A stretch of 64,000 bases of DNA, from assembly GCA_963801605.1 (NCBI GenBank), contig CAWDFP010000006.1, positions 256,001-320,000 of the forward strand, in the 5' to 3' direction. The position numbers and the translations under genes were made by a program. The DNA comes from an uncultured candidate division Zixibacteria bacterium. Lineage in GTDB: Bacteria; Zixibacteria; MSB-5A5; UBA10806. Below the pieces are notes generated by a model. That model was not told the origin of the DNA. It made no database searches and saw nothing but the letters and a program-made list of their open reading frames with translations. Positions 39,987-50,589 of the stretch are shown here, in pieces (positions within the stretch are counted from its first letter, which is position 1; every line of letters begins with the position of its first letter).

Positions 39987-40014
39987 TTGACGGCCCTCTT
40001 ATGCGATGTATATT
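39987..40014 (+). promoter_or_regulatory. Sigma70-type promoter for the lipoprotein gene
   Basis: TTGACG-N16-TATATT. Confidence 0.5.
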
Positions 40015-40116
40015 AATTATAGGGCGTCGATTTTCATATAACTTTATATTGAATAATGTTTTTTCAACTGATAGATAGATTGGTAAACGGGAAAGAACAT
40101 CATCGGAGTGATGATT

Positions 40117-41416
40117 ATGGGCAAGAAACTTCTGATCTTTTCGGCGATTGCGCTGACGATATCGGCGTGCAACAACCTTAAGCCATCAGAGGGCATAAAG
40201 AATGACCCTCCTGACGCTCCATCAAACCCCAATCCGGGGGATGGGGCTGTCAATCAAGAGATTCATATCAATATGACCTGGGGATGGAACGATGTGGATG
40301 GTGACACCCTGACCTTTAACCTTTATTTTGGCTCTGAGGCAAACCCTCCACTCAAGGTATCTAATCTCGGTACAAGCGGGTATTCTCCGGAAAGCCTGGA
40401 GTATGATCACACTTATTACTGGAAAGTGGTGGCGGACGATGGACACGGACATCAAACCGGCAGCCCGATATGGCATTTTGCCACTCGCGCCTTAAGATCA
40501 TTTAATATCCTGGGGCAATATGCTGACGCCTCGCAAGGGCCATATTACGATCTTACAGGTAATATTCAATCCACATACCTATACGTGACAAACAGACATT
40601 CCTCGGGAACGAGAGACTCATCGTTGATACTTGATTTCTCTGATCCGAACGACATAAGCGTAGCCGGATATATAAGGGGAGCGCTGTTTGGCAATCAATT
40701 CGGGCCAGGTTATATCTATAGTGTAGGACGGCTCGACAGTGGATTCAAATTGAGAGCTTTTTCTCTGGGAGACGCTACTCATCCGAACGAGGAATTCAGA
40801 TTCGATGTCGCCAACATTCAGGACCTGGTGGTGGCTAATGATTATGTTTATTTATATATGAATGGTCATGACGCCGGTCTGCCCAACGGCGTGATTACAG
40901 TTGACAACATGGTGCCGGTTGACACTTTAATCACCGAGTCAACTACCTGGGGACGTTTGAGAGCTTTTGGGACTCTGTTGTTAATTCCGGAGATTGGGGG
41001 AATTGAAATTGTTGATATCAGCGATCCGATTAATCTGCAGATTAGGGCTATGGCTCCCACGCCCGGGGAATGCCGCGATGCCGCCATTTCGGGTACTACA
41101 TTGTATATCGCCTTACACAGCGTTGGTATTGCAATCGCGGATATTTCAGCTCTGCCGTCAGCCGTACCGCTGGGGACAATACCGTCAGTAAATAATTCAT
41201 CAGACATTCTGCTGGTTTCACAAGGGGTACTCTATGTGGCGGATAACAACCTCTTGATTGCCTACAATATCTCTATCCCCGGCAATCCGTTCGAACTTAG
41301 CCAGATACCAGGCCCCAGCGCGAATAACGTCTTTGAATTATTTGCAAAGCCTGCTCATTACATATACCGATTCGATAAATATCAGTGGAATTCAGGGGCT
41401 TGAAATTCAGCCTTAG
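40117..41416 (+). CDS. Lipoprotein with Fn3-like domain and LVIVD-type repeats (probable +1 frameshift at ~41368 near the C-terminus)
   Basis: Lipobox LTISAC. TYYWKVVADD. LVIVD-like IEIVDISDP, IAIADIS, AYNISIP. An alternative frame ends YDSINISGIQGLEIQP* at 41416. Confidence 0.8.
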
Positions 41417-41464
41417 AATCCGCGAGAACAGATTTTTTCTATCCTGGAAATTTAACAAAATAAT

Positions 41465-41493
41465 AAACCGGGGATCTATCGGGTCCCCGGTTT
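41465..41493. terminator. Bidirectional terminator between convergent genes
   Basis: aaaccggggatc-tatcg-ggtccccggttt. Confidence 0.7.
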
Positions 41494-41513
41494 CAATTAA
41501 CTCGAAATTATGA

Positions 41514-42164
41514 TTATTCCCTGATTCGTTCGATGTCGCTGAATTTACCGATAACCACCATTATATCGGTATCTTTAAATATAGTATCGGGTGGGGGGAT
41601 AAACTTAAAATTATCCTGCAACACATCCTTGATGGCGATAAGTTCAACATGGTACTTCTGACGAATCTGCAGCGACGCGATTGTCTTACCGTGGAAATGC
41701 ATCGGAGGAGCGATCTCGGCTACGGTGTAATCCTCGCCTAAAGGAATGAAATCCAGGAGATTGGGACGGGACAGGGAACGGGCCAGTTTTTTAGCCATTT
41801 CCTCCTCTGGAAAAACCACCCGATCTCCGCCCACGGCAAGCAGAATACGCCCATGATCGGGATCCTCGGCTTTGATAATAATATCGCGGCATTTAAGCTC
41901 TCTCAGATGCAATGCGATCAGGATCGAGGCGTGCTGATCAGCGCCGGTAGAGATAACAGCGGCGTCATAACTTGGAATATCAAGCTGTTTCAGAACTTCA
42001 ATATCGGTGGCGTCAGCCAACAGGGCTTGATTGGAATAGCTTTGAATATATTGCACCCGCGCTTTGGATTTATCGATTGCCGTAATATTATGGCCCTCGC
42101 TAAAAAGCGTTTTGGCCACACCTATTCCGAAATTCCCAAGTCCGATCACAAGAAAATGTTTCAA
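41514..42164 (-). CDS. ktrA: Trk/Ktr K+ uptake system NAD-binding subunit
   Basis: VIGLGNFG Rossmann fold, DRVVFPEEEMA, TrkA-C domain. Confidence 0.92.
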   Translation of the reverse strand: MKHFLVIGLGNFGIGVAKTLFSEGHNITAIDKSKARVQYIQSYSNQALLADATDIEVLKQLDIPSYDAAVISTGADQHASILIALHLRELKCRDIIIKAEDPDHGRILLAVGGDRVVFPEEEMAKKLARSLSRPNLLDFIPLGEDYTVAEIAPPMHFHGKTIASLQIRQKYHVELIAIKDVLQDNFKFIPPPDTIFKDTDIMVVIGKFSDIERIRE

Positions 42165-42205
42165 GTTTCACCTCACCTCTAAACGCATCCCAAACTTCGG
42201 GACAC

Positions 42206-43561
42206 TTACCCAATCATGACGCTTTCCTCGGCGTACGAAATCCGGTCAGCCCCTTCCGGCCTGGCTATTACATAGAACATGGTCAGAAGACCAACTCGTC
42301 CGATGATCATCATTATAATCAAAATCAGTTTGCCAGATGTATGCAATCCTGGAGTTATTCCGGTCGAAAGGCCCACGGTGCCAAATGCAGAAACGGTTTC
42401 GAACAGATAATCAAGTTCGGCGCCTTTGGGAAGCCTCGACGGCGTAAAATCGCTTTCAAAAAGCATTAGAGCAATTGTGGCCGAAAAGAGAAGCAATACC
42501 GCCAGCACAAAGATCGAAACTGCTTTGATGACGCTGTCCCTGGAGACTGTCCGCTTAAATATCTCCACATCCGCTTTGCCGTAGAAACGCGCCCGAATTG
42601 CCATGACGATAACCGCAAAGCTCGAAGTTTTGATACCGCCGCCGGTGGAACCCGGCGAAGCGCCGATTATCATTAATAATATCGTAATAAGAATACTGAA
42701 AACCGTGAGGTTATTTTGAGGTACTGTATCGAACCCCGCTGTACGCGGTGTCACCGCCTGGAAAAAACCGGTTATGACTTTAAGATGCCAGGGATCATCC
42801 TTGTAAGCATTGTTCATCTCAAAAAGCACGAACAGAATCGTGCCGATAATAAGCAGCAAGCCGGTAGTAACTACCACCAATTTGGTGTGAAGCGTTAGCC
42901 GCCGGCGTTTACGGAAATTCCTGATTCGATCAGCTATCTCCATATTGGCGGTGAACCCCAAGCCTCCGATAATAATCAGCGCCGCAATTCCCAGCACAAC
43001 GGTAATATTGGAATGATAATCCTGCAATCCGTTTTGGGCGATTGAAAGGCCGGCGTTATTGAATGCCGAAATCGAGTGAAATATCGCAAAATAAATTGCC
43101 TGGAGCGGATTCATCCTGCTTGAAAAGGGAAAATAAAGAAGGATCACTCCAAGCCCTTCAATAATCAATGTCACAATAAAGGCCGCTTTAAGTATCGAGC
43201 GTACCTGAAGAGTAGCCCGGCTGGTGAATGTCTGCCGGAGATCGAATATTTGTCCCGACGAAATCCGTCCGCTAAAAACGAGGAAAAAGAGAGTCGAGAA
43301 GGTCATGACGCCCAGCCCGCCAAGCTGCATGAGAATCATGATAACCACCTCGCCGAAAGTGGAGTAGGTATTAGGAATATTAACGACGGTCAAACCGGTA
43401 ACGCAGAATGCGGAAGTTGAAGTGAATAAAGCATCAATAAAAGTGACCGGGCCTTTCTCGGCGCTGAGCTCGCTGAAAAGAAATATACCGCCAAGAAGGA
43501 TTGGAATGATAAACCAGATTGCAATTTTAAGGGCAGGTGCGATTCTCTTGAGGCGTGTCAT
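42206..43561 (-). CDS. ktrB: Trk/Ktr K+ uptake membrane subunit
   Basis: Four pore motifs TSAFCVTGL, SAFNNAGL, TPRTAGF, SAFGTVGL. Also GASPGSTGGGIKT. Confidence 0.93.
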   Translation of the reverse strand: MTRLKRIAPALKIAIWFIIPILLGGIFLFSELSAEKGPVTFIDALFTSTSAFCVTGLTVVNIPNTYSTFGEVVIMILMQLGGLGVMTFSTLFFLVFSGRISSGQIFDLRQTFTSRATLQVRSILKAAFIVTLIIEGLGVILLYFPFSSRMNPLQAIYFAIFHSISAFNNAGLSIAQNGLQDYHSNITVVLGIAALIIIGGLGFTANMEIADRIRNFRKRRRLTLHTKLVVVTTGLLLIIGTILFVLFEMNNAYKDDPWHLKVITGFFQAVTPRTAGFDTVPQNNLTVFSILITILLMIIGASPGSTGGGIKTSSFAVIVMAIRARFYGKADVEIFKRTVSRDSVIKAVSIFVLAVLLLFSATIALMLFESDFTPSRLPKGAELDYLFETVSAFGTVGLSTGITPGLHTSGKLILIIMMIIGRVGLLTMFYVIARPEGADRISYAEESVMIG

Positions 43562-43575
43562 GAATTATTTGAAAA

Positions 43576-44571
43576 TCACAACTCCAAATATGGGACAGCG
43601 TTATGGCCCAGACTGGACCGTTCGCCGCGCTCCAGGTGAAATGAACCACAGGCCGCAACCATGGCGCCGTTATCTGTACAAAGCTCAGGAGATGGGAAAA
43701 AGATCTCCATGTCTTCAGTCTTCCGTTCCATAAATAATTCCCTTAAGCGCTTGTTGCGCGCCACTCCTCCGGTAACGGAAATCTGTTTTACTTTCATAAA
43801 TTCGGCGGCTACAAGGGTTTTTCTCACCAGGATATCGGCTACGGCCTCCTGGAACGAGGCGGCAATATCTGCTCGATGAGATTCCACGAATTCGGACGGC
43901 TTTTCGTTTACAAAAACCGAGACTGCAGTCTTGAGACCGGAGAATGAGAACTCGAAGCTTTCTCGTCCCATTTGAGCCCGGGGAAACTTGATGAAGTTTC
44001 TATTTGCTCCCTTAGCTGCTTTTTCGATCGCCGGGCCTCCGGGGTAGCCGAAACCCAAAAGCTTCGAAATCTTATCAAAAGCCTCGCCGGGAGCATCGTC
44101 GCGGGTGGCGCCGAGGAGACGGTATTGCCCCCAATCTTCCACTAAATATAGATTCGAATGGCCGCCAGACGCCACTAAAGCAATGTGGGGAGTGCGAAGA
44201 TCTTTATGCTCGAGCTTTCCCGCAAAGATATGCCCCTCGAGATGATTCACTCCATAATAGGGAATACCCCTGGCCAGATGCACTGATTTCACAAATGAAA
44301 GCCCCACCAGAAGGCAGCCTACCAAACCGGGGCCGGACGTTACCGCCAGGCCATCGAGATCGTCAAGGGTGAGTTTGGCCGCTGATAGCGCTTTATCGAT
44401 TATACCCACTAATTCGGTGATATGAATACGCGAGGCGATTTCTGGAACGACGCCGCCGTAACGTTCATGAATTTCCTGGGAAAGGATGATATTGGAGAGA
44501 ATCTCGCGACCATCCCGAACGATACCAGCGGAGGTTTCGTCACAGGAGGTCTCAACTCCTAAGACTAACAT
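43576..44571 (-). CDS. tsaD: tRNA N6-adenosine threonylcarbamoyltransferase
   Basis: LGVETSCDETS, GGVVPEIASR, NHLEGH, SGGHS, DDAPGEAFDK, GYPGGP, FSFSGLKT, CTDNGAMVA. Confidence 0.97.
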   Translation of the reverse strand: MLVLGVETSCDETSAGIVRDGREILSNIILSQEIHERYGGVVPEIASRIHITELVGIIDKALSAAKLTLDDLDGLAVTSGPGLVGCLLVGLSFVKSVHLARGIPYYGVNHLEGHIFAGKLEHKDLRTPHIALVASGGHSNLYLVEDWGQYRLLGATRDDAPGEAFDKISKLLGFGYPGGPAIEKAAKGANRNFIKFPRAQMGRESFEFSFSGLKTAVSVFVNEKPSEFVESHRADIAASFQEAVADILVRKTLVAAEFMKVKQISVTGGVARNKRLRELFMERKTEDMEIFFPSPELCTDNGAMVAACGSFHLERGERSSLGHNAVPYLEL

Positions 44572-44575
44572 TAAC

Positions 44576-44974
44576 TTAAGTCCCGGGCTTAACGGTAACT
44601 ACAAATTGAGTGGGTCCGATAAAGGTAACACTATGATAGCTCGATGGATCAATATCATAAAGGTTGGTGGGATTAATGGTATATTCATATTGGCCAGGGC
44701 GAGATATAAAGGATAAGTCTATATAGGCAGTCGCGCCGCCCGAAAGCATTAATTGGAGAAGCTGCTTACCGGATGCGACTATCGAAACATCGGTGCTGGC
44801 CGGAGCGATGTCGGAAACCTTGAGATTATCTTTCAACCCGATAGTCTGTACTTTGGTGGCGAAGGTCTTTTCGTATATCTTCTCGGTTGAGACATGGAAC
44901 CAGAGCACCAGCGCTAAAAGGATGGCGATTATCTTCCATCCAAGATTAGAGAAGATTTTTTCCTTAATGTTCAA
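44576..44974 (-). CDS. YbbR/CdaR-like membrane-anchored protein (short)
   Basis: N-terminal NLGWKIIAILLALVLWFHV typical of the YbbR family, followed by a single YbbR-like domain. Confidence 0.7.
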   Translation of the reverse strand: MNIKEKIFSNLGWKIIAILLALVLWFHVSTEKIYEKTFATKVQTIGLKDNLKVSDIAPASTDVSIVASGKQLLQLMLSGGATAYIDLSFISRPGQYEYTINPTNLYDIDPSSYHSVTFIGPTQFVVTVKPGT

Positions 44975-45165
44975 GGCTGTTTATCGGTATGTTTGATGAG
45001 CTTACCCTTTGAAACCTCGCCATTATCTATTCGGATATTATACTGGCAATCCGGGTTAGAGCAAACCCAGGCTTTATATCGGATTTCTGAGCCATCGCGC
45101 CCGTAATCCGAAAGCGGCACCAGGACCCCCTTATTGCATTTCAAACATTGTGGGTAGTTTTCCAA
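44971..45165 (-). CDS. Small zinc-ribbon hypothetical protein
   Basis: CLKC...CSNPDC, GGAGGAGAGG RBS, 4-nt overlap with the next gene. Confidence 0.75.
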   Translation of the reverse strand: MENYPQCLKCNKGVLVPLSDYGRDGSEIRYKAWVCSNPDCQYNIRIDNGEVSKGKLIKHTDKQP

Positions 45166-45810
45166 TTCCTCTCCTCCCTACGTTGTCCGCAACCCATAAT
45201 ATTACAAAACAAGGATTTGTCTGTCAATTAGGAATTGTTAGCATTTCAAAAAGAACAGCTGAATTACTATTGGAATCCGCCTTATTTCATAATTTTGGCA
45301 AACGATCCCGTTCAAAGGTTTATCCTATTATATCTTTTACGCTTACCCGTGCCGAAATTTTTTAGTTAAATTCATATCTGTCAGTTAGCTGTCGTCGCCG
45401 TTCATCGGCAACAGTTGTCCAAAGCTATGCCGAGACGTATTATATTTCTCCCTTAGCTTGTCCATTTTTCAAGTACAGGCTACCGTCTTTTTCAGTATCG
45501 GACAATAACCAGTAGTACAATTAAACCACCATCCCAAAGACTGCTTATTTGAAGAACCAATTCGGTTTTTGCCCCAAAATAAAGGGTCGGCCCATTTTTT
45601 TGTAGGACCGACCGCCTAAAGTAGCCCCCGCAATTCTTCTAATATGAAAAATGCCAGTTTTGCTGGCTTTTTTGATTTTTGTGATCCTTAGCAGTATTTC
45701 TCTAAGTAAACCCCTTTTTATAATCCAACGCAAATTAAGTAGGGGCGGGATGGCTGTCAAGCGAATAATTTTAGGCGAATTCTGGACCTAAAAATAGGTT
45801 GAAAAACTTA

Positions 45811-46153
45811 TTACTTAAGCAACAAGAGCTTTTTAACTTCCGTTTGATCGCTTGCCCTGAGCCTGACAAAATATACGCCGCTTGAAACCGTCTGCCCATT
45901 GCCGTTATGCCCATCCCAAATAATACTGTGGCTCCCGGCCGGCAGCGGTTGATTGATCAGGGTGGTTATTTTCTGGCCGAGGATGTTATATATGGTAAGC
46001 TCAACAATTCCTGTGGCTGGGTAGGTCGAATTCAATCTTGGTTTGCGAATTAAAAGGATTGGGGTAGCTTTGATGCAAGGAGAAGCTTTTGGGGACCACT
46101 TCCACCTCTTTCCTGGGATAACCGCTGTTAATATGAAACGATTGGATTCCAGA
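45811..46153 (-). pseudogene. Orphan CTD (T9SS-type/FlgD-Ig) without start codon or passenger domain
   Basis: One frame reads ...EVEVVPKSFSLHQSYPNPFNSQTKIEFDLP. After a +1 shift (~46019) it continues ATGIVELTIYNILGQKI...VSSGVYFVRL..KKLLLLK*. In-frame TGA at ~46155, directly behind the MATE stop. Confidence 0.75.
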
Positions 46154-46175
46154 TCAAACCCGTGATCCCGCCCGC

Positions 46176-47549
46176 TCAGACCCTGATGGTCAGCCATCTG
46201 CCGCGCTGGTAATATACAAAGAAGGCGATGGCGCTAACGGCTGCCGCCAGAGTCATGATCCACCAGATGGCCAGCTCGCCGCCGCCGAAAAACTGCCTTA
46301 CAATGAAGATCGGCAAAACCTGTAACACCCAGGCATTGATGATATTTACAACCATCGCCGGAGTATTAAGCCCGACGCCAGTATGAACAAACTCAATGAT
46401 CATTAGAGCTCCCATAAATGGCATACAAAGTGCAATAATCCTCATCAGCCCCACGCCGTGTTCAATGGTTTCGGAATTCGAAAAGAATATTCCGAGCACC
46501 TGAGGCGCCAGAGCGAATATTATCAAGCCAAAGACAGTCATAATGCCGACACCTATCGCAATCGATTTGTCGCCGGTATTCTTGGCGCGTTCGATTTTTT
46601 CGGCGCCAACATTATGGCCGATAAGAGCCGAAAGCCCCAGTCCAATTCCCACCATAAGAGTATAGCCCAGTCCCATGATTTGATTGGCCACGCCATAAGC
46701 CGCCACCACCGCAGTCCCAAAACCGGCAATCATCGGAGTAATGAGAAGGCGCGACGATGAAAATGACATTTCGGCCAGCCAGGCGGGTATCCCCAATTTG
46801 ACTAATATCCACATGCTGTCAAGGGACATCTTCTCTTTGCTTTTCCAGTGGACTCGGACATTGGTATGGCCGGTGAAGAAAAGCCAGATGCCTATCGAAA
46901 AGATAACTGTAAAGGTAATCACCGAGGCATAGGCAGCGCCAACCATGCCAAAGGCCGGCAAACCGAAAAGCCCAAATATCAATATTGGATCCAGGGCCAT
47001 GTTGAGGACACTGAATCCAAGCATCAATATCATAGCCTTATGGGGATTGGCCGTTCCTCGAAGGGCAGTGAAGATTGTCCAGATGGCATAGTTGATGGGC
47101 AACCCTATAAAGATGATTCGTCCGTACTGGAGACCAAGAGTTAGAGATTCATCCCGCGCTCCGATTAGATACATCATCTGAGGTAGAAAAACAAATCCCA
47201 CAATACCGAAGATCGTTCCGAAAAGAAGCTTGAGTACGAGAGTTTCCTTGATCGCCTTCTCGGTCTTACCGTATTCCCTTTCGCCGTACCGTCGGGAGAT
47301 AATTGCCACCGAACCGGGACCAATCAAATGATTAAAGGTACCCAGAAACCAGGCCAGATTGTTAAAGAAGGTGATCCCCGCTACAGCCGATTCCGATTGA
47401 GGCAGATGCGAGACCCAGAACATATTTACCAAGCCATAAATGTTCTGCGACATAAATCCGAACATCGATGGCAATCCCATCTTGAGGATCGATTTGGTGA
47501 TGGATCCTTTGGTGTAATCGGTGTGGGTTTCGTTTTTATCGTCTATCAT
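46176..47549 (-). CDS. MATE family efflux transporter
   Basis: TKGSITKSILKMGLP, LRGTAN, NMALDPILIFG..GMVGAAYAS, ~12 TM. Confidence 0.93.
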   Translation of the reverse strand: MIDDKNETHTDYTKGSITKSILKMGLPSMFGFMSQNIYGLVNMFWVSHLPQSESAVAGITFFNNLAWFLGTFNHLIGPGSVAIISRRYGEREYGKTEKAIKETLVLKLLFGTIFGIVGFVFLPQMMYLIGARDESLTLGLQYGRIIFIGLPINYAIWTIFTALRGTANPHKAMILMLGFSVLNMALDPILIFGLFGLPAFGMVGAAYASVITFTVIFSIGIWLFFTGHTNVRVHWKSKEKMSLDSMWILVKLGIPAWLAEMSFSSSRLLITPMIAGFGTAVVAAYGVANQIMGLGYTLMVGIGLGLSALIGHNVGAEKIERAKNTGDKSIAIGVGIMTVFGLIIFALAPQVLGIFFSNSETIEHGVGLMRIIALCMPFMGALMIIEFVHTGVGLNTPAMVVNIINAWVLQVLPIFIVRQFFGGGELAIWWIMTLAAAVSAIAFFVYYQRGRWLTIRV

Positions 47550-47961
47550 CTTTATGATCCAAAATAGCAGATACGTAAATATTTCACAAGTGTTGCCTGC
47601 AAGCCAATTTGATTTTAACCGGGTTCCGGGCACTTATCAAGAAATCAAATAGTTAGACAATGGGCACTTGCAGAACGCAGAGATGATTTATTTTAATTTC
47701 GTAAAATAACAGGGACAAAGGAGGCGGATATCGAAGATACACCTTATCAGTGCAGCAATTTTAAATTTATAAGAAATTATGTAATTTTAGTGATAATAAG
47801 GGCGGTGCGCGCCGAAATATATTATATTGGCAGTGCATGGTGATCTTAGTTAACGGTCACTGGGAGAGGAAGTATGTTTGGTCTTTAGGACGAACCCAAT
47901 CCTCCTTAAACTTTTCAGTAGATTTCATTTGATTCTCCTCTTATAATAATTAAAATTCGAG

Positions 47962-48888
47962 ATGCGCGTGGAACAGACTATTTCGATAGCGACTAAATCA
48001 CAAGCAGTAAAGAAAATCAGGTTCAATAAAGTCTTTTGGGCTGTGCTTTATTCAGCCGCAATTATCGTATATATATTTATTTTTTATGGCGGAGCATCGT
48101 TTTACCTGACTCCCTATATGGATCGGCCTTACAGCGCGGCATACCGGTCGCTTCGACCGGCCGGATTTACGGGTCATGCTTACGGCGTGATCGGTTCAGC
48201 GTTGATGATTTTGATGCTTTCCTATTCTCTTCGAAAAAGAGTCAGGGTATTACGAAATTGGGGGATGTTAAGCCGCTGGCTCGATACTCATATCTTTTTT
48301 GGCATTGTGGGACCGTTGCTGGTCGTGCTGCATACAGCATTCAAGGTACAAGGGTTGGTAGCTGTAAGTTTTTGGTCGATGGTGGCGGTTACTATAAGCG
48401 GTATTTTCGGGCGTTATTTGTATCTTCAGATACCGCGTAATATCCAGGGCGACGAGCTAAGTATAAAAGAGCTCGAGGAATCAAACCTGCGCTATTCACA
48501 AGAGCTTCAGAAGGAATATAATCTCTCGGAAGAGATCGTCAAACGACTGGAGGCTCGTGAAACTTTTAAGATTTCCGAAAGCGCGGGCGCTTTCAAAATC
48601 CTGGCGACGGTGTTTGTAAATGATGCGCTCCGCCCTTTTACATTTTTTACCCGAAAGCGAGAGGAGCACGCCGATCTTAAACACCTTCCCCACGAACAGC
48701 AAAAGAAGATTGTTCGTATCTTACACCGGAAGTCGATTTTGACCAGGCGCGTGCAGCTTTTAAATCACATGCAGCGTCTTTTTCACTATTGGCATGTAAT
48801 CCACAAACCGTTTGCGATAATTATGTATTTGATAATGGTGATTCATATTACGGTGGCTGTCTGGACGGGGTATAAATGGATTTTTTAA
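47962..48888 (+). CDS. Cytochrome b-like inner-membrane protein (ferric-reductase-like TM domain)
   Basis: About five TM helices with His residues positioned as heme b ligands: GHAYG, WLDTHIFFG, LHTAFK, WHVIHKPF, IHITVA. Confidence 0.75.
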   Translation: MRVEQTISIATKSQAVKKIRFNKVFWAVLYSAAIIVYIFIFYGGASFYLTPYMDRPYSAAYRSLRPAGFTGHAYGVIGSALMILMLSYSLRKRVRVLRNWGMLSRWLDTHIFFGIVGPLLVVLHTAFKVQGLVAVSFWSMVAVTISGIFGRYLYLQIPRNIQGDELSIKELEESNLRYSQELQKEYNLSEEIVKRLEARETFKISESAGAFKILATVFVNDALRPFTFFTRKREEHADLKHLPHEQQKKIVRILHRKSILTRRVQLLNHMQRLFHYWHVIHKPFAIIMYLIMVIHITVAVWTGYKWIF

Positions 48889-48902
48889 GGATTGCGATTT
48901 CA

Positions 48903-50589
48903 ATGCGTCAATTATCTCTGGTCGCTTTATTAATCTTTCTTGTTTCGGGAAATCTTTTGGCGCAGCTTTCACCCGGTGAGCTTTCACGGCCGCATGCATA
49001 TCTGGAAGGCCTGGAAAATTGCAATAAATGCCATGGTTTCGAAGAAAAACTTTCGCCGGACAAATGCCTGGCCTGCCATCTGTTTCTCGCCGCTCGAATC
49101 AAGGCCGGGCAGGGGCTTCATGCCAACACCGAACATTCCGATTGCGGAAGCTGTCACGTTGAGCATCAGGGGAGAAACTTTATTATCATACATTGGAATG
49201 GCGGCGAGGAAAAGTTCGATCATAATCAGACAGGTTACAAACTCGATGGTAAACATGCAAAATTAGAATGCCGGGCCTGTCATAAGAGTAATAATATAAA
49301 TCCAACAGCTAAGTTACAATCGGATAAGATAGATCTCAATCGCACCTTCCTTGGGACTCGAAAAGGATTGTCTTTCCTGCCATCCAGATGAACATCACGG
49401 ACAATTAGCAAAGGACTGCCTGACCTGTCATATTATGGCAGGATGGAAACCTGCCAGCGCTTTTGACCATTCCAAGGCCAAATATATCCTAACCGGCAAG
49501 CATACTGACGTAACTTGCGTGAAGTGCCATCCGTCGCTGACGAATGAAAATCAGCCATCAGGTAAAGCGTATACCAAATTTACCGGATTGCAATTCCAGA
49601 AGTGTTTGGACTGCCACAAAGACGTTCACAACAATAAATTTGGGCAGAACTGCGAGAGCTGCCATAATACATCAAGCTGGACAAGTGTAAATCAAACAAA
49701 ATTCGATCATTCGAAAACCCAGTATCCGCTCGAACTTAAACATGTTTCGGTTGCCTGTAACAAATGCCATGTTCCGGGAAAGCCGCTTGCCGGATTAAAA
49801 TTCAAGCTCTGCACAGATTGCCACGGCGATTATCATCGGGGAGATTTCGCATCCCGCGAGAAAAAGGGCGCTTGCGAAGAGTGCCATACATTGGCGGGAT
49901 TTGAGATCACTAAATTTACTGTCGACGAACATCAAAAAACAAAATATCAGTTGGCGGGAAGCCACCTGGCAGTCCCTTGCGACGGCTGCCACAAGAAGGT
50001 GATTCTCAACGGTAATAATGAGACGGTTCATATCAAATTCGAAAGCACTCGCTGCCAGGTCTGTCATACTGATCCTCATAAAGGAGCAGTTGACAATTAC
50101 ATGCCAAAGGGCGGATGTGAGTATTGCCACTTAGTAGAAAACTGGCGAGCCAGTTCTTATGATCATTCGCAAGCGAAATTTGTTCTCGACGGCAAACATA
50201 AGACGATCGCATGCAAGGCGTGCCATCAAAAAAAGGGTACTGATCCGCCTCTCTTACAGTTTACCGAACTGGCGCAAAATTGTCAGGGGTGCCATGATGA
50301 TATTCATCGCGGGCAGTTTGTCCAGGTTTCTTCCACAAAAGATGGCTCAAGCAAAGATACGGAATGCAATCGCTGCCATACAGCTGTTGCCTGGAAAACG
50401 CTTAAATTCGATCATAGCCGCGATTCCAAATTTATTCTCGATGGTGCTCATATCAAGCTTTTATGCATCCAATGTCATAAACCTGAAATGATAGACGGTA
50501 AAGCTTTTATAAAATATAAGCCGCTGGGGTCCAAATGCAGCGATTGCCACGGCGGTCAAACGATCCAAACCGGAGCGGGCCAATCATGA
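48903..50589 (+). CDS. Periplasmic multiheme cytochrome c, 20 CxxCH motifs (+1 frameshift at ~49354)
   Basis: Signal peptide MRQLSLVALL..LLA-QLSPG. 4 CxxCH in ORF 48876..49391 and 16 in ORF 49351..50589. RTFLG|LEKDCLSCH is restored by deleting one G. Confidence 0.92.

Noticed and set aside
45575..45760. 71-aa ORF / shared GCTACTTTAGGC motif as a firm regulatory site
   Set aside because: The ORF has no RBS or recognisable content. A 12-15 bp match between intergenic regions is within chance expectation, so it is only mentioned as supporting detail.
49345..49360. Programmed frameshift or phase variation in the 20-heme cytochrome
   Set aside because: No slippery heptamer or long homopolymer (only GGG). 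It matches the window-wide +1 error pattern.
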